Positions 1 to 12,275 of a stretch of 64,000 nucleotides of DNA are shown piece after piece. The position numbers were made by a program, and so were the translations under genes. The notes under the pieces are model-generated. The model searched no databases. It was not told where the DNA came from and worked only from the letters and a program-made list of their open reading frames with translations. Location: positions 44,516,001 to 44,580,000 of the forward strand of contig OX597820.1 of NCBI GenBank assembly GCA_951406725.2. Reading direction: 5' to 3'. Numbering within the stretch: position 1 is the stretch's first letter; every line of letters begins with the position of its first letter. This DNA is from Octopus vulgaris (taxonomy: Eukaryota).

Positions 1-392
1 AAAGATTCCCTAGATGATGCCACTATTTGGTCTTTGGTCTCCGTTCGAAATATTGTTCTTGTTGTTGTTGTTGTTTCGTTTTGTTGTAGAGAAAGTGAGG
101 AAAGAGTGTTTTTGTGTGATTTAGTGGTTTCTATTCCTTTTTCTTTTTTTTTTTTTTTTCGCTTTCGTATTCATTCGTAGTTATTTTGCATTGGATAAAA
201 TGGCGACCATATGTGATGACAGGAGGTCTTCAGGAGTGAAAATGATAGATTATGTGGAAAGAATTTGGAAGAGAGAGAGAGCGACTGAAAAACGATAAAA
301 CGATGGAGAGTGAAGGTAAGAGGTGGGAAAAGAAATAATGATAGAAAAAGTGATTGAAAAGAAAATTGATTGGAAATACATAGATATGTACA

Positions 393-454
393 TATATAAA
401 TATGTATGTATGTGTGCGTGCACGCGCAAATATATATATATATATATATATACT

Positions 455-504
<50 letters not shown>

Positions 505-746
505 CATACATGCATACATGCATACATACATACATACATACATACATACATACTTACATACATACATCCATACAAACACATATATACATACACATATACA
601 TACATTCATACAGTAGCAAGAAGAAAAAGGAGACGGGGAGGAGGAGGAGGAGGAAAGTGGAAGAGGAAAGATGAAAGAAAGCAGGAGAGGAAGCTAAAGA
701 AAATATAAAGGAAGAAAATAAGAAAGAAAAAGAATATGTTAGATAA

Positions 747-821
<75 letters not shown>

Positions 822-843
822 TGTGTGTATACATGTGTGTGTG

Positions 844-892
<49 letters not shown>
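393..892. repeat. Compound microsatellite (TA, CA, TACA, GAG, GATA, TG)
   Basis: Directly visible. Similar compound tracts occur at 7258-7560, 32790-33010, 34905-35082, 38170-38440 and 53154-53415. Confidence 0.97.
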
Positions 893-894
<2 letters not shown>

Positions 895-1186
895 AGGCGC
901 AATGGCCCAGTGGTTAGGGCAGCGGACTCGCGGTCGTAGGATCACGGTTTCGATTCCCAGACCGGGCGTTGTGTGTGTTTATTGAGCGAAAACACCTAAA
1001 AGCTCCACGAGGAGCAGGGGGTGGTGATCCCTGCTGTACTCCTTCACCACTCTTTCTCTTCTCGCTCTTTCTTCTGTTGGCCTGCTCGCTTAGCCAGCGG
1101 GGTGGCGTCATTTGAAGGCTAAAACAATGCGAACGCATTGTGACCAGCGATGTGTAGCTACATCTGATGGTCTGGTCGGTCACATG
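893..1186 (+). mobile_element. tRNA-derived SINE family C (RTE-type tail); other copies 50915-51222 (+), 29840-30018 (-), 10930-11022 (-)
   Basis: Head GGAGGCGCAATGGCCCAGTGGTTAGGG...GGTTTCGATTCCC with A and B boxes. Near-identical copies occur in the window. Tail GCATTGTGACCAGCGATGTGTAG...GGTCTGGTCGGTCAC. Confidence 0.9.
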
Positions 1187-1196
1187 ATGATGATGA

Positions 1197-1291
<95 letters not shown>

Positions 1292-1370
1292 AAGAGAAAA
1301 TGAAAAAGCTTTACCGCATTCATGATCAACAGTTGAGTGAGAATTTATATATATATATATATATATATAT

Positions 1371-2413
1371 GACTGAAGAAGGGGATTTTTCGTTGTGCTT
1401 ATTGTCCTGTATCTCTCCTTTTTTTTGCCTGTCTTGTTCCTTGGTTTGTGTCTTTGTTTTTCGTCTCTCTATGTGTTCGACGTCTTTTTGGTGTCCTGTA
1501 CGCATATATGCGTGTATATGTACATGTAGAGGTAGGTACGTACATATATGTTTATATATATGCATATATTTTATTAACATATTATACGACTAAACGCACG
1601 CACCCTATTAAGTAAGATTGTTCTGTTTATCAAGTTCGCCTTGATATTAACTCTCACGCGACTCTGCATCTTTCTTTCTTTCTCTCCCATTCCCTTTTTC
1701 GTCTTTTTTCCCTCACTTAACTTGTCTCTTCCTCTCTCTCTCCCCCTCACTGTTCTTCATGGTCTCCTCGCACCATTCCCCTTCTTCTCTCTCTTCCTCT
1801 TGCTCCTCCTCCCCCATTCCCGTCGTCCATCTGCGACGTTACTTCCGTCGTAACTGCTATCCTGTCCTTTCTCGTCCGCCTTCTAAGGCCACTGGTCGAC
1901 ATCTTCCTCTCTCGTCGTCCACTATAATCCAGCGTTTGCAATACTTTTTTCGTCTGGCGTTAACAGCCCTTCTTATCTTGTTCTCCTTGTCCTGTCTCTC
2001 ACTGTTATATATTTATTTTTCCACTGTTTATATATATATTTTTTACTGTTTATATGTTTGTACTGTCGTTACAGTCTTGCTTTTTTTCACCCCTCTGCGA
2101 AAAGATCTCAGAATTTTAATTGATTTGCTTTTCGCAGGAAGGAATTTTTCATTCGAAGTATACGTCTCGCTTTTATCCTTCGAAACGTTTAGTAGATGAA
2201 ACTTTAGCGACTGAAGAAGGGGATTTTTCGTTGTGCTTATTGTCCTGTATCTCTCCTTTTTTTTGCCTGTCTTGTTCCTTGGTTTGTGTCTTTGTTTTTC
2301 GTCTCTCTATGTGTTCGACGTCTTTTTGGTGTCCTGTACGCATATATGCGTGTATATGTACATGTAGAGGTAGGTACGTACATATATGTTTATATATATG
2401 CATATATTTTATT

Positions 2414-2418
<5 letters not shown>
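1371..2418 (+). mobile_element. Non-coding insert with 210-bp direct terminal repeats in (TA)n (Penelope-like partial tandem)
   Basis: 1371-1580 repeats at 2209-2418 (period 838), with (TA)n on both sides. GAAGGA...TCCTTC-GAAACGTTT at about 2137-2190 resembles a hammerhead stem II/III without a clean CUGANGA. Confidence 0.6.
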
Positions 2419-2460
<42 letters not shown>

Positions 2461-3030
2461 TCTCACTCAACTGTTGATCATGAATGCGGTAAAGCTTTTT
2501 CATTTTCTCTTTCTCCCTCTCTCTCCCTCTCTCTCCCTCTCTCACCCTCTCTCTCTCTCTGTCTTTAAAGAGAGAACCGGGATGGAACTTGTGTCTCCTT
2601 TACGTGTTTGTTATATATTGCATGGTATATTCTCTAGTATCTATTGCATAATTTGTGAGTTGTACATTGTCTTGTATGTTGAGTATACATTACCTTGTAT
2701 ATTGAGTATACATTGATGCGTGTAGCATATCGTCTCTTGTGTGTTGTGCGTTCTTTATATTGTTTGTTATGCGTTGTGTGACCTGTGTCTTGTGCCTTGC
2801 GTTTTATGTGCCATGTCTTGTCTTTTGTGAATCGTTCCTGGTCAGTTGTGGCTTTTGCGTCATGTTTGTATAATCTCTTTTAGTTATCTCAGTCATTTGA
2901 CTGTGACCATGTTGGGGAATCGCTTTGATGGGTGTCGGTCTCTGTTGCCAAAACCGCTAGCTTACACGGATATAAATAAACCAACACCGGTTGTCAAACG
3001 GCAGTGAGACACAAATGCAAACACAGGCAT

Positions 3031-3061
<31 letters not shown>

Positions 3062-3098
3062 ATTGAATGTGTGTATGTAGACAGACAGACACACACAG

Positions 3099-3191
<93 letters not shown>

Positions 3192-3760
3192 TACGATAGG
3201 CTTCCAGTCTCTTTCTCCCAAATTCCTTCCCAAGGCATCTTTCGGTCTGGGGCTATAATAGAAACTATATTGTATGTGCTATAGCTTGTCTTTTGTGAAT
3301 CGTTCCTCGTCAATTGTGACTATTGCGTCTTGTCTGTATGATCTCTTTTACTTTTCTCAGTCACCTGCCCAAAGTACCGCGCTGTGAGATTGAACCCGAA
3401 GCCACATGGTTGCAAAGCGAGCTTCTTAAGCACACAGCCTTGGCTGTGGTGTGTATCGTCTGTGATTTGTATATGTGCTGTGCTTTCAGAATTGTTGCTA
3501 TTCCTCTTGCGTTATTGCTGTTGTCCTTCGCTCTCGGATCAGCCCTGAGCAAACGCGCCATAGGAAACACTAGTGACCGACTCTCTTTTCCCTAGGTTAC
3601 ACCACTCATAGAAACATATCCTAATTGTTTTGTCCCCTTTTATCTTTCCTTTTTTCCTGTTTTTGTTTGTTTTGGGGGGTTTTTTTATTCTAAGTTAGTA
3701 AGGTGTAAATTTGAAAGAGATCTAGTTGTTATTTCTAGGAGGTCAAACAAGCATGTTGAA

Positions 3761-4101
3761 CAGTGGTTCATATGGCCTCTGGAGGGGCCTATGTAAGATT
3801 TGGAGGGAGTGGGATCCCCATAACAAAATAGTAAATTGGGAATCCATAGTAGTATTTTAGGGCCCCTGAAACAATCTTACTTTAGATTTATGTATTGGAA
3901 TGTATTGCAAGAAACATGGAGGTTTCTTTCTCTGACATTTTACATAGTTCAAGCTAAACAAAATGTGAAAAACAAAAGAAGCATTTTGGAAGATTTTTCT
4001 ATAAAACTAGTTTTTAAACATCGAATGACTATGGGGTCCACCAAAATGAACTAGTCATCAGAGGGGTCCATGGATAAAAAAAAAATAGTTGTGAACCCTT
4101 G
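3761..4101. mobile_element. Degenerate hAT (Charlie-like) MITE
   Basis: Begins CAGTGGTTC, ends ...AAAATAGTTGTGAACCCTTG, with several subterminal GGGGTCC/GGGCCCC motifs. Confidence 0.45.
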
Positions 4102-4630
4102 ATGTGGAGGTTCCCGCGCTGGTTTCTTTTGTGTATGAAGGTATAATGTGCAACAGTGATACAATGGTTGCTGACTGTGGTGGTAGTAGTGGAGTTAGTT
4201 GGAGTTATGGTGACTGCCGCGGTGGCAGTGGCGGCGGCGACGGTTGTGGTAGTGGAGGTGTTGTTAGGGAGCATCGTGGGCCGTAGCTATGCCGGTTGTG
4301 GTGACAATGGCCGTGGCGAGGGTAGTGGCGATGGAGACGATGTTGTAGTAGTTGTTATTGTTGTTGTTGTTGTGATGGTGGTGGTGGTGGTGGCGGCGGC
4401 GGTGGCGGCGGCGACGGCGGTGGCGGCGGCGACGGCGGCGGCGGCGATGGCGGTGGTCGGGGTTATAGAGTGTACGGGGCGGGGTCGTGATCGCGGCTAC
4501 TGCGTTGTGTTTATTGCCTGTTGTATGCTGTTAATTATATTTTCCACTGTAATGATGAAAGTAATGAGGTGGGAACACTGAGCAGACAGAATAGAAGACA
4601 GGAAGAAGGAAGGAAACGAGGATAGATAGG

Positions 4631-4710
<80 letters not shown>

Positions 4711-4940
4711 CTGGCGGACAGACGGACAAACAGAAAGAAAGAACGATCGAAAGAGAGAGAGAGACGGACTGACAGAGAGACAAACAGACAGACATACGGA
4801 TGGACAGATGGACAAACAGAAAAGAAAAACGAAAGGAAAAAAGAAAGAAAGAAAGAAAGAAAACATGATGAAGATATTCTCCGCCAGCAAGCGTACACTT
4901 GCTAAAACACATTTCAATACACAAAAACGGAATTAAAAGT

Positions 4941-5070
4941 GGAGGCGCATGGCTCAGTGGTTAGAGCGTCGAGCTTACGATCGTGAGGTTGTGAGCTCGA
5001 ATCCCGGACCGGGCTGCGTGTTGTGTTCTTGAGCAAGGCACTTTATTTCACGTTGCTCCAGTTCACTCGC
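4941..5070 (+). mobile_element. tRNA-derived SINE family D (3'-truncated); other copies 33263-33575 (+), 10790-10925 (-), 58545-58800 (+)
   Basis: GGAGGCGCATGGCTCAGTGGTTAGAGCGTC...TCGAATCCCGGACC then TGTGTTCTTGAGCAAGGCACTT. Flanked by a direct repeat of about 44 bp (4891-4935 / 5077-5120). Confidence 0.85.
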
Positions 5071-5765
5071 CCGCATGCGTACACTTGCTAAGACACATTT
5101 CAATATACAAAAACAGAAATACACGCAAAAAATCTTAAAGAAATTCTGAAAATTTTGTAGGGATTAATTCAAAAATTTTAAAAGAAAGTAATTAAATATA
5201 TTCTTTTATTGTCTTATAGATTTTATTCACTGAAGTGCGGCCATGCTGGAGCACCGCTCTTATTTTAGCATTGTATTTACTTTACTCATGTCTGTTAAAT
5301 CAATCAATTATAATTTAGCTCTTAGATAGAGAAAGAAAAACAGAAACCTAACGGTAATTCTTAGTGGCTCTCAAAGGAAATAAGAAAATTTTTTAGCATA
5401 GCTGTGTGATGAAGTAGCTCTCTTTGCAACTGTGAGGTTTCGGGTTCAGTCCTACTTCACGGTACATTCTACTATAACATAATTCCTGCGGTCGATTTGT
5501 TCTAAGCTCTTCAAGGCGATGCCCCAGCATGGCCACAGTCCAATGACTGAAACAAGCAAAAGATAAAAATTTAGATTTATCCGTTCACCTTTCTTCATAG
5601 CTCATTATTCCTGTTATGGTCGTTGGGGAGGGCTAAAATTCCCAGATACGTCATCCAGATGGTCTTCTCCAAAGTAACCGAGTGACAATTCCTTTCGGCT
5701 GCCAGCGTGGCAATGGTTTTTCTCCAACACTCTCACTCTTGGCCTTCCAACAGATGTCCTGCCAG

Positions 5766-5985
5766 ATACTCTTTTACTCTTTTACTTGTTTCAGTCATTT
5801 GACTGCGGCCATGCTGGAGCACCGCCTTTAATCGAGCAACTCGACCCCGGGACTTATTATTTTGTAAGCCAAGTACTTATTCTATCGGTCTCTTTTTGCC
5901 GAACCGCTAAGTAACGGGGACGCAAACACACCAGCATCGGTTGTCAAACAATGCTAGGGGGACAAACACACACACACAAACATAT

Positions 5986-6024
<39 letters not shown>

Positions 6025-6177
6025 CGACGGGCTTCTTTCAGTTTCCGTCTACCAAATCCACTCACAAGGCTTTGGTCGGCCCGAGGCTATAGTAGAAGAC
6101 ACTTGCCCAAGGTGCCACGCAGTGGGACTGAACCCGGAACCATGTGGTTGGTAAACAAGCTACTTACCACACAGCCA
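5766..6177 (-). mobile_element. tRNA-derived SINE family A with internal microsatellite
   Basis: On the - strand: GGCTGTGTGGTAAGTAGCTTG...GGGTTCAGTCCCA head, CCTTGGGCAAGTG core, internal (TA/TG)n, tail CAGCATGGCCGCAGTCAAATGACTGAAACAAGTAAAAGAGTA. Other copies at about 2872-3445, 11917-12272, 12276-12932, 16187-16590, 33708-33870, 38430-38675, 44625-45010, 51940-52597 and 60340-60725. Confidence 0.9.
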
Positions 6178-6515
6178 TGGTTTTATTCATAAAAAATCTT
6201 CTTTACGATTCTTTTCTCAGACATTCTAGCTACATGTTCGTAAGGCCGAAGTTGTGAACTCACATTACGGAAAAGTAGTGGCTCGACCCCCCCCCCCTCA
6301 GGCAGTAGCGACGCACCCCCTCAAGTAACGTCGCTCCAAGTTACTCTTCAGAGGAACACTTTTTCGGCTGCTTGTATTCGCGATCGTACCTTTTCAGCCA
6401 CTACCCAAGATTCATGATTCTTAAATATTTTTTTTGCGATTTATTAAGAATTAATAGCAGTAAATTGATTTAATTACTTAATGGAAACTTAACCTTTGTT
6501 AGTAGACAAAGTGGC

Positions 6516-6564
6516 AGCTATATACATGTTTCGGTGTATTGGACCTCGTCAGCTAATCATAGCC
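6516..6564 (-). ncRNA. Minimal type I hammerhead ribozyme
   Basis: Minus strand reads GGCTATgattag CTGACGA GGT ccaatac ACC GAAAC AT GTA tATAGCT: core boxes, stem II, a palindromic mini-stem III with a GUA site, and stem I complementarity. Confidence 0.7.
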
Positions 6565-6650
6565 AAACTCAAGCCTGTTTGATCAGAGACCAGAAATTTT
6601 ACATATGAAATATAGCTGGGAGTGAGTCTGATATTTATCATTACGGTGAT

Positions 6651-6702
6651 AAACTTCAGACATGTTTCAATTTTATTGAACTTCTTCAGCGAATCATAGT
6701 TT
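6651..6702 (-). ncRNA. Minimal type I hammerhead ribozyme (weak stem II)
   Basis: Minus strand reads AAACTatgattcg CTGAAGA AGT tcaataaa ATT GAAAC AT GTC tgaAGTTT. Confidence 0.55.
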
Positions 6703-7014
6703 GATAACTATTGAAATATATAGAACTTCTTTTTGCAAATAAATGCAAGATAGAATTAAAAGAATAACAGGGGAAATACTCATGCTGCATGAGAACTTAA
6801 TAGTAATGTGGATATCAGCATATTTGATCGTCAAAGCTGATTCGAAATCAATAATTTGAAATTTTGCTGTTAGTGATGAGAAAAAAAATCATTATTAAGT
6901 TAAGCTCGTGAAAAACATAACTAGAGAGACAAACCTGGAATTTTAATTAATTAAAATTAATTAATTAAAGAATGATGTGAGAAGTGAGATTGTGATTTAA
7001 GCAATTCAGTGATA

Positions 7015-7060
7015 GCCCCAAATGTTTCTGTATTATTGGACCTCATCAGCGAAGCAGAAT
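7015..7060 (-). ncRNA. Degenerate hammerhead motif
   Basis: Minus strand reads cttcg CTGATGA GGTccaataatacA GAAAC ATTT. Same family as 6516 but the cleavage triplet and stem II are broken. Confidence 0.35.
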
Positions 7061-7292
7061 GTAACCGGCATTGCAGATCTGATTTCATGCATGCTCAGAT
7101 ATCCAGGTGTATAGATTAATACATAAATGCGCATACACTTGCTCATACGCAATATACCAAATGCGCAATTCCACTTTATCTCTCCAATGCATCATCGTTC
7201 TGATTTTCTGTCTCTTCTTATCTAAATTTGTCACTTCCCCCGTCTTCTCTGAACACACACACACTCTCCCCCCTCTCTCTCTCTCTGTCTCT

Positions 7293-7370
<78 letters not shown>

Positions 7371-7490
7371 ATCTATCTATCTCTACTTATCTATCTATCT
7401 ATCTATTTATCTATCAATCTTTATCTATCAATTTATCTATCAATCTCTTTCTCTATATATCAATCTATTTATCTATCAATCTATCAACCA

Positions 7491-7522
<32 letters not shown>

Positions 7523-7569
7523 TTCACCTCCTTCTCCTCTTCCTCCTCCTCCTCCTCCTACAGGCATGA

Positions 7570-8790
7570 CAGCAATTTATGTGTCCACAATCCCTTCTTC
7601 CCCCGCCACACCCAACCGAATCTTTCGTTTGTTCCTCCAGCCACAATTCCTGTCCGTTTATCCAGAATTTCACCACTCTATACCGAGCCAACTCATCTTT
7701 CCACATTATCGTTTACCTTTACCTATACCACCAAGAACATTATTTTTCTGTATAAAACGCTATTTTTTGCTGCTTATTACATCCTGGAGAAACAGGTCGA
7801 GGATTAGCAGATCGGTTGAGAAAATACTTTTCAGACATCCGGAGCAACAACACAAGATCACTCTGACCTGTAGTCCGTCAATTAGTTCTCCTGGTTACAT
7901 CTACCTGCATCTCGCCGAAGTTGCTATATACCACGAGTCTCTCGTTTCTTGCTTGCTTCGTGAATGACAATTAATTTTCTGACTAAACGAGGACTGCGCT
8001 GGAATAACTAACAATGCTTTCCCCTTCAATACGCATAACCAGTAAACAGCATGATACGTACATCTCTGCCGTATACACCACTCCCTCCACCCCAAACAAC
8101 CCATCGGTCACTCACACGCATATTGCTATGCCTTCACACCATTCCCTACTGCGGCCAATTACATCCTCATGTCTGACTGACCACTTGCTCAGCAACACAC
8201 TGCATCATCAATATTATATTCTACTTCATAGAACACTCACCGACACGCACTCATACACCATACTGACACACTTCATAGAACACTCACCGACACGCACTCA
8301 TACACCATACTGACACACTTCATAGAACACTCACCGACACGCACTCATACACCATACTGACACACTTCATAGAACACTCACCGACACGCACTCATACACC
8401 ATACTGACACACTTCATAGAACACTCCCCGACACGCACTCATACACCATACTGACACACGTAATAGAACACTCACCGACACGCACTCATACACCATACTG
8501 ACGCACTTCATAGAACACTCACCGACACGCACTCATACACCATACTGACGCACTTCATAGAACACTCACCGACACGCACTCATACACCATACTGACACAC
8601 TTCATAGAACACTCACCGACACGCACTCATACACCATACTGATACACTTCCCTACACTCACACACTCCCCTACATACCTGCACAGCCAAGAACATTATTT
8701 TTCCCGTATAAAACACCAATTTTGTTGCTTATTACATCCTGGAGAAATAAATCGAGGATAAGCATATCGTTTTAGAAAAGACCTATCAAA
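7570..8790 (+). mobile_element. Decayed Penelope-like element (Neptune-type Cys linker + GIY-YIG endonuclease) with partial repeat
   Basis: With frameshifts reads SFVCSSSHNSCPFIQ...FTYTTKNIIFCIK..CCLLHPGETGRGLADRLRKYFSDIR...PVVRQ.SSPG...LLRE*QLIF*L, matching the PLE pattern FTCTSxNVIYCIxC..YIGETGRRLADRFREH. Segment 7731-7835 repeats, diverged, at 8686-8790. Confidence 0.7.
8223..8650 (+). repeat. 47-bp minisatellite, about 9 copies
   Basis: Unit CACTTCATAGAACACTCACCGACACGCACTCATACACCATACTGACA recurs every 47 nt (8224, 8271, 8318...). Confidence 0.95.
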
Positions 8791-9278
8791 TACACACTTT
8801 CTCTTACACTGCTTCACTGTTTTAACTGAAAAATGTCATTCTATTCTCTCTGCTATATCTACTTCTGTTCGTCATCCACAATTCTGGTTTTGTTACGAAG
8901 TTGTGGAGCTCAGACGTGGAGCTCTTCGTTTCTTACAACGCAGTTATATACTTAGTACACTTGTTCAATGTTACGTTATTTCTCGTGAATTATAGCATTT
9001 CACTATTTCATTATTTCATTATTTCATTATTACTGGGACACAGCCTAACCGGATTATCACAGGATTACATTTTGTAATCTCAAGTGATTTGATAAAATGT
9101 CAGCTTTATTAATTTTTTATTATAACAAAAAGTCAGGCTTATTCTCTTTCAGTGTCAGAATATATTTTAAACCGTCTCTAATATGAGGTTTTTTTTGGTC
9201 ACCTCTCAACGGACTACAGCTTACGCGTCTAGGAACGGTCCCCTGCTACACCTGTTCACAACCCTGCATCATAGATAT

Positions 9279-9614
<336 letters not shown>

Positions 9615-9616
9615 AA

Positions 9617-10770
9617 AACAAGGCGGCAGAGGCTTAACATCGGTCCAAAATACCTTTGAATGTCGCATCATATCCCTTCGGTAACATCTTTTAACCACCA
9701 AGTGTCGAAGTGCATCCCTTGACCAAGTTTGTATACATGAGGCTGATAGCATCATAAAATTTGGAAGGCAGCTCCTTGAGCAACACTCATTGTCTGATAA
9801 CTTAGAATACATGCCCAAGGAAGTCGTACGACTCTACCACAACGTATCATCACATGAAAGGATGAGCCTATACGAGCAGAAGACTATGCATGGATATGTT
9901 AGTAGAAAGCTCCAAGATGATAGTAACATTGATCATCAAACCAGTTTATCATCGACCAATAGCCGGATTACTACCTCCCACTTTGAAGGATATACGTTTG
10001 CAATCCAGGAACAGGAAATATCAACCAATTACCTGATGCACAAAAGGGATAGAAATGCAGGAAAAGCCGTAAAATGTGACAACCGATGCAGACTTTTTGG
10101 AGTTCACACTGAAGATATCACCCACATCACAAGCAGTTGTCCGAAAATGTCACCACAGTATATCTACCGATGAGACATGACGTTGTAGCTAGGACACTCT
10201 ATAATGAAATACGTCGGAAAGATAAACCCGAGGACAAAGCAATAAAAACCCACAATATGGTAGAAGCCATAGCTACTCATGATAAAAAGGAATACTGGTG
10301 GAATGTACCAGTGAAGGCCTCGATAAAATGTAAGCACAACAGACCTGATATAATGATTTGGGACAGAGAGAGAAACTGTGCACAGTTGTGGAAATTAGCT
10401 GTCCAGCGGATGTTAACATAAAGCTGTAGATAAGTGAAACAGCGAACACATGCTGAACTATTGAGAAACCTGCAGTTACTCTATCCAGATTACAAGTTCA
10501 GGTTTATAACTGTAATTATTGGGGCCCTGGGATATGTAACACACTGCCTAAATACAAGTCTTGAGAAATTAGACTACTCAAAACGAGAACAGAGAAAGCT
10601 AATTCGAAGACTACAAATCCAATCCATCACAGGAACTGTAAAAATCTGTAAAACTTTCCAAAAGTTTATCATTTAAATATATATGAGCATGTCTAGATAT
10701 GTAACTGTATGCATGAGAATGCATAAATAAAACATACAAATATACACATACATGCATACATACAAAATAC
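9617..10770 (+). mobile_element. 5'-truncated R4/Dong-like non-LTR retrotransposon (zinc knuckle + RLE nuclease)
   Basis: AIQEQEI..., degenerate CCHC knuckle CRLFGVHTEDITHITSSC, RHD, NRPDIMIWDRE and IIGALG across three frameshifted ORFs. Directly preceded by (TACA)n. Confidence 0.88.
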
Positions 10771-12275
10771 CTCCTCTCCCACCGGTCGTCGCAGAATTGC
10801 TCATTTTTGCCAGCTCAATGGAATTGAACAACGTAAAATGAAGTGTTTTGCCCCAAGAACACAATGCATCCAGGAATCGAAACCACAATCTTAGGATCAT
10901 GATAGCAACACCCTAACTACTAAACTCGCTCAATAAACACTCACAACGCCCGGTCTGGGAATCGAAACTGCGATTCTATGACCGCGAGTCCGCTGCCCTA
11001 ACCATTGGGCCATTGCGGCTCCACACATGCATACATGGCACCATCAACATCAGATGTTCAGAAGTAGAGAGCCGTTTAAAATATTTTTTTGAACGTTTCC
11101 TTCCACTTTTATGCTGATTCCTCCAGCATAAATCAGTAATTGATTTCTCCCATTATAAATAAGGGAGACACGTTTTACTTACCAACGTGACGTTACTCAG
11201 ACCGAATTTTAAAAAATATACCTTATACCACGTGGAATTTCGCTAACACGATTTTGGCTGAAACTAACAATACCACCACCAACGAAAACAGGACTACAAA
11301 TATAAATACATACATACATACATACATACATACATACATACATACATACATACATACATACATACATACATACATACATACATACATACATACATACATA
11401 CATACATACATACATACATTCGAATTTGACTGTATCATACATTTAATATTTCGACACATATCATACGTTTAATATTTCAACAATTTAGAACATTTTCCAT
11501 CCTCAGAATTTCTTTTAGGAAAGGAAACCCTTCTTTAAGTACTGGTTTCTTATAGCTAAACACAAATGCCCTCCGTGTCAAGCGTGGTATACGTGATTAC
11601 ATAGAAATACAAATGTCTAATATATATAAAGGGATGGTAATTAATGCGATATTGATATTTTCTTGGTCTCTTGAAGCGATTAGAGACGCAAGTAAAATGG
11701 TTCTGCCGGTAATTGAAACTTGTCGCAGTCACAGCTTGCTCTCTGATTACTGCTTGCTTTACGGCATTCACTATATCACATCTTCAATGCTTTCAATGAT
11801 AACGAGTATCTGTTCCCTCTTCTCTTTCCCCATAACCTATTAGTGCGAAAGAAAATGTTCTAATGGATAAATAATTTAGAAATAATATCTAAAATTACAA
11901 GCATTCATACATGCGCTGGCGTGGTTGTGTGGTAAGAAGCTCGCTTCTCAACCATATGGTTCCAGGTTCCGTTCCGCTACGTGGAACCTTGGGCAAGTGT
12001 CTTCTACTGTAGCTTCAGACCGATCAAAGCCTTGTGAGTGGATTTGGTAAGCGGAAACTGGAAGATGCCAGTCGTATGTGTGTGTCTGTGTGTGTGTGTG
12101 TGTGTGTGAGTGTGTGTCCGCCATCGCTAGACAACCGATGCTGCTGTGTTAATGCCCTCGTAAAATAGCGGTTCTGCAAAAGAGACCGATACAATAAGTA
12201 TTAGGCTAACAAAGAATAAGTCCTGGAGTCGATTTCTTCGTCTAAAACCTTTTAAAACAGTGCTCCAGCATGGCT

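Noticed and set aside
171-945. ORFs rich in YI/HT/CV/LSIY (here and throughout the window)
   Set aside because: They are translations of (TA)n, (CA)n, (TG)n, (GATA)n and (TACA)n microsatellites.
893-965. tRNA genes (also 4941-5012 and 50915-50985)
   Set aside because: They are SINE heads with A/B boxes continuing into SINE bodies, and no complete cloverleaf is evident.
4104-4581. GC-rich Ala/Val-rich ORF / CpG island
   Set aside because: Degenerate (GGC/GGT/GTT)n trinucleotide repeats with no coding evidence.
7107-7967. 286-aa ORF
   Set aside because: Mostly (CT)n/(CTAT)n translation running into a largely out-of-frame Penelope remnant.
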